A stretch of 64,000 bases of DNA. It comes from Thalassobaculaceae bacterium (GTDB taxonomy: Bacteria; Pseudomonadota; Alphaproteobacteria; Thalassobaculales; Thalassobaculaceae). Both the position numbers and the translations under genes were made by a program. The stretch spans positions 1,470,616 to 1,534,615 of the forward strand of contig OZ245843.1 of assembly GCA_965228875.1 (NCBI GenBank), given 5' to 3'. Below, in pieces: positions 61,029 to 64,000 of this stretch (position 1 is the stretch's first letter; the number at the start of each line of letters is the position of its first letter). The notes below the pieces were generated by a model that was given only the letters and a program-made list of their open reading frames with translations, made no database searches and was not told the DNA's origin.

Positions 61029-61055
61029 CGTCCGGTTAACGCGACGAGATTTCTG

Positions 61056-61091
61056 GCGGCGGCGCAGGTAACTGCGCCGCCGCTTTTCTTT
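61056..61091 (+). terminator. Rho-independent terminator of the cold-shock gene
   Basis: GCGGCGGCGCAG-GTAA-CTGCGCCGCCGC followed by TTTTCTTT. Confidence 0.85.
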
Positions 61092-61207
61092 TGCCCGTCT
61101 AGTTTGTTTGCCCGTCTCGTTCGTATGACCGCCCCTCTGACGGCCCCGCATGTCGTCGGCCCGCCGGATTGTGCGTTCGCTCACAGCCTTACGCCTTGAA
61201 TCCGGTA

Positions 61208-61250
61208 TATCGTGACGTCATATATCGCGACGATACGTATCGGACCGATA
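61208..61250. promoter_or_regulatory. Three phased TATCG-N3-CGATA sites, putative PadR operators
   Basis: Sites at 61208 (degenerate right arm), 61223 and 61238; exact 15-bp period, upstream of padR. Confidence 0.65.
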
Positions 61251-61289
61251 GTCTCGCATCGGCCCAAGAGCCCGGAGGCCCGGCCGTCC

Positions 61290-61859
61290 ATGGACATTCG
61301 CACACTCTGTCTCGCCGTTCTCACCAAGGGCGACGCGACCGGCTACGAAATCAAGAAGATGTTCGAGGAAGGCCCGTTCGCGCATTTTCAAAGTGCCAGT
61401 TTCGGATCGATCTACCCTGCCCTGTCGCGGCTGCTCGCCGATGGCCTCGTCGAGGCGCGCGCACAGGAACAGGACGGCCGGCCCGACAAGAAGGTGTATT
61501 CGATCACTGCGGCCGGCCAGGCCGAGTTCGACTCGGCCCTGACGATCACGCCGGAGCCGGACACCTTCCGATCCGACTTCCTGTTCCTGCTGTTCTTCGC
61601 GTCCCGCATGCCGGAGGACCGGGTGATCGACCTGATCGACCAGCGCATCGCCGCCTATCGCGGCAAGCATGCCCACATCATCGGACAGAAGGCGGAGCGT
61701 GCGGCCAGCGGCTGCATCTGCGACCCCGGCCGCGAGACGGTCGCCGGTTTCGGCGCCGCCCTGTACGAGGCCGCCGCCACCTTCCTCGAGACCAATCGCG
61801 ACTCCCTGATCGAACGCCTGCGCACGGCCCGTGCGCGGACCGCCCAGGCAGCCGAATAG
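61290..61859 (+). CDS. PadR-family regulator
   Basis: ATGYEIKK, SFGSIYPALSRL, RPDKKVYSITAAG. Confidence 0.92.
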   Translation: MDIRTLCLAVLTKGDATGYEIKKMFEEGPFAHFQSASFGSIYPALSRLLADGLVEARAQEQDGRPDKKVYSITAAGQAEFDSALTITPEPDTFRSDFLFLLFFASRMPEDRVIDLIDQRIAAYRGKHAHIIGQKAERAASGCICDPGRETVAGFGAALYEAAATFLETNRDSLIERLRTARARTAQAAE

Positions 61860-61869
61860 GAGATCTTCC

Positions 61870-62976
61870 ATGCGCATCAGTGGGTCTGTCATCCTCGCCG
61901 GCGTGATCGCGGTCGCCGCCGTCGGCTGGATCGCTTCCGGTCAGCTCGGCGAGAAGCCGGCCACGGCATCGACCCCGCCGGCCCCGAGCGCGGCCCCCGA
62001 TGGGGCGCCGAACGAGCCGAGCGTCCCACGGGTCCGGGTCCGCGATCTCTCCCCCTCGGATTTTGTGGCCTCGGTGATCTCCTCCGGCCAGACCGAGGCG
62101 GCCAGGGTCGTGACGGTCCGGGCCGAAACCTCGGGCCGCATCGTGGCGACGCCGACCGGCAAGGGGGCGCGGGTCGACACCGACGCGGTGATCGTCGAGA
62201 TCGACCGGGCCGACCGTCCGGCGGGCCTGGCCGAGGCCAAGGCCCGCATCGCCCAGCGGGAAATGGAGTACAACGCCGCCTCCAAGCTGGCGGCCAAGGG
62301 CTTCCAGGCGGAGACCACACTCGCCGGCGCCCGGGCCGAGCTTGAAGCAGCCAAGGCCGAGCGGCGCCGGATCGAGGTCGACCTCGCACGCACCCGGATC
62401 GCCGCGCCGCTGCGCGGCGTCCTTCACGACCGCAGCGTCGAGATCGGCGACTATGTCGGCATCGGCGACCCGGTGGCGATCGTCGTGGAACTCGATCCCC
62501 TGCTCATCACCGCCCAGGTCGCCGAGCGGCAGGCGCCGCTGATCGCCGTCGGAATGCCGGCCGACGCCCGTCTGTCCAGCGGCGACAGGTTGACCGGCGT
62601 GGTCCGCTACGTCGCGGCGGTCGCGGACGAGGACACGCGCACGTTCCGCGTCGAGATCGAGATCGACAATCCCGACTACCGCTACGGTCAGGGGCTGACC
62701 TCCGAGATCCGGATCGACCTGCCGGCCGTCCGCGCCCATCCGGTGTCCCCGTCGATCTTCCGGTTGGACGAACGCGGCCGGATCGGCGTGATGACGGTAG
62801 ACGCCGACAACCACGCCAGGTTCGCGCCGGTGGACATTGTCGGTGTCGACGATCGCGGGACCTGGGTGCGCGGCCTGCCGAGCGCGGCGCGGATCATCGT
62901 CGTCGGCCAGGATCTCGTCGATGACGGCGAGACCGTCGATCCCGTTCCCACACAGACCGCGGGAGCGACGCAGTGA
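61870..62976 (+). CDS. RND efflux periplasmic adaptor (MFP)
   Basis: N-terminal TM; VRAETSGRI, IAAPLRG, VEIGDYV, TRTFRVEI, IIVVGQ. Confidence 0.9.
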   Translation: MRISGSVILAGVIAVAAVGWIASGQLGEKPATASTPPAPSAAPDGAPNEPSVPRVRVRDLSPSDFVASVISSGQTEAARVVTVRAETSGRIVATPTGKGARVDTDAVIVEIDRADRPAGLAEAKARIAQREMEYNAASKLAAKGFQAETTLAGARAELEAAKAERRRIEVDLARTRIAAPLRGVLHDRSVEIGDYVGIGDPVAIVVELDPLLITAQVAERQAPLIAVGMPADARLSSGDRLTGVVRYVAAVADEDTRTFRVEIEIDNPDYRYGQGLTSEIRIDLPAVRAHPVSPSIFRLDERGRIGVMTVDADNHARFAPVDIVGVDDRGTWVRGLPSAARIIVVGQDLVDDGETVDPVPTQTAGATQ

Positions 62977-64000
62977 AAGCCATCATCGCCGCGGCCCTGT
63001 CGCGCAGCCGGACCACGCTTTCGATCCTGGTGCTGATCCTGATCGCGGGCACGGTGTCCTATGTCGAGATCCCCAAGGAGGCGGATCCGGACATCAATAT
63101 CCCGATCATCTACGTTTCCATGTCCCACGAGGGCATCTCGCCGGAGGATGCCGAGCGTCTTCTGCTGCGGCCGATGGAGCAGGAACTCCGTTCGATCGAG
63201 GGCATCAAGGAGATGCGGTCGACCGCCTACGAGGGCGGTGCGAACGTCGTGCTGGAATTCGATGCCGGCTTCGATGCCGACAAGGCCCTCGACGACGTGC
63301 GCGAGAAGGTCGACATCGCCAAGCCGGACCTGCCGGAGGACGCCGACGAGCCGACGGTCAACGAGGTGAACTTCTCACTGTTCCCGGTTCTGGTGGTGAC
63401 CCTGTCGGGCGACGTGCCCGAGCAGGTACTGCTCCATACCGCGCGCCAACTTCGCGATGCGATCGAGGGCATTCCGTCGGTGCTGGAAGCGGCGCTGACC
63501 GGTGAGCGCGAGGAACTGGTCGAGGTGGTCATCGACCCGGTCCGCCTGGAGACGTACGGTCTGCAGGCGGGCGACGTCCTCGACATCGTCGCCCGCTCCA
63601 ACCGGCTGATCGCCGCCGGCGCGCTCGACACCGGCACCGGCCGGTTTCCGATCAAGGTGCCGGGCCTGTACGAGGACGTCACGGATATTCTCGATCAGCC
63701 GATCAAGACCAACGGCGATGCCGTCGTGCGGATCCGCGACATCGGCGTGGTGCAGCGCACCTTCAAGGATCGCGAGACCTATGCCCGACTGAGCGGACAG
63801 CCGGCGATCGCGCTGGAGGTATCCAAGCGCACCGGCGAGAACGTGATCGAGACGATCGAGCGGGTGCGGGCAACCGTCGCCGCCGCCTCCGACCTGATCC
63901 CGGACGGCATCACGGTTACCTTCAGCCAGGACAAGTCGGACAACATCAAGACGATGCTGACCGACCTCCAGAACAACGTCCTGAGCGCGATTCTCCTGGT
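62973..64000 (+). CDS. RND efflux permease (AcrB family), partial
   Basis: Manual translation from GTG 62973 (overlapping the MFP stop): KAIIAAALSRSRTTLSILVLILIAGTVSYVEIPKEADPDINIPIIYV...GISPEDAERLLLRPMEQEL; open to the window end. Confidence 0.92.
   Translation, partial: MKAIIAAALSRSRTTLSILVLILIAGTVSYVEIPKEADPDINIPIIYVSMSHEGISPEDAERLLLRPMEQELRSIEGIKEMRSTAYEGGANVVLEFDAGFDADKALDDVREKVDIAKPDLPEDADEPTVNEVNFSLFPVLVVTLSGDVPEQVLLHTARQLRDAIEGIPSVLEAALTGEREELVEVVIDPVRLETYGLQAGDVLDIVARSNRLIAAGALDTGTGRFPIKVPGLYEDVTDILDQPIKTNGDAVVRIRDIGVVQRTFKDRETYARLSGQPAIALEVSKRTGENVIETIERVRATVAAASDLIPDGITVTFSQDKSDNIKTMLTDLQNNVLSAILL

Overview
High-GC bacterial chromosomal window, gene-dense; gene content and motif style point to an alphaproteobacterium (inference). 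No rRNA, tRNA, CRISPR array, integrase or transposase was seen. 560-12342 holds a C-P lyase phosphonate cluster: phnF divergent from phnGHIJKLM-acetyltransferase-phnN, then phnCDEE. It has a PhnF-type palindrome and a phased Pho-box-like array, but no phnP or phnO. Next come an MBL hydrolase, a strongly divergent PEP carboxylase, and pxpBC/pxpA coupled to an orphan ectoine hydrolase (DoeA/EutD) homologue and a methyltransferase. The rest includes typA, assorted catabolic enzymes, katG, msrB, a CoA-dependent acid-catabolism neighbourhood with a frameshifted prpF-family gene, a Tat-exported Acg nitroreductase/MarR module, an AtuA pair, nhaA, an orphan molybdopterin subunit, an inverted pair of FkbM paralogues, cspA and the start of a PadR-RND efflux operon. 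The most notable observations are the pxp-doeA coupling, the divergent PEPC with a hairpin-rich leader, and a 115-bp palindromic repeat whose ends supply the stop codons of two convergent genes, with a second truncated copy near katG. All calls come from reading sequence motifs by eye; no database searches were run.
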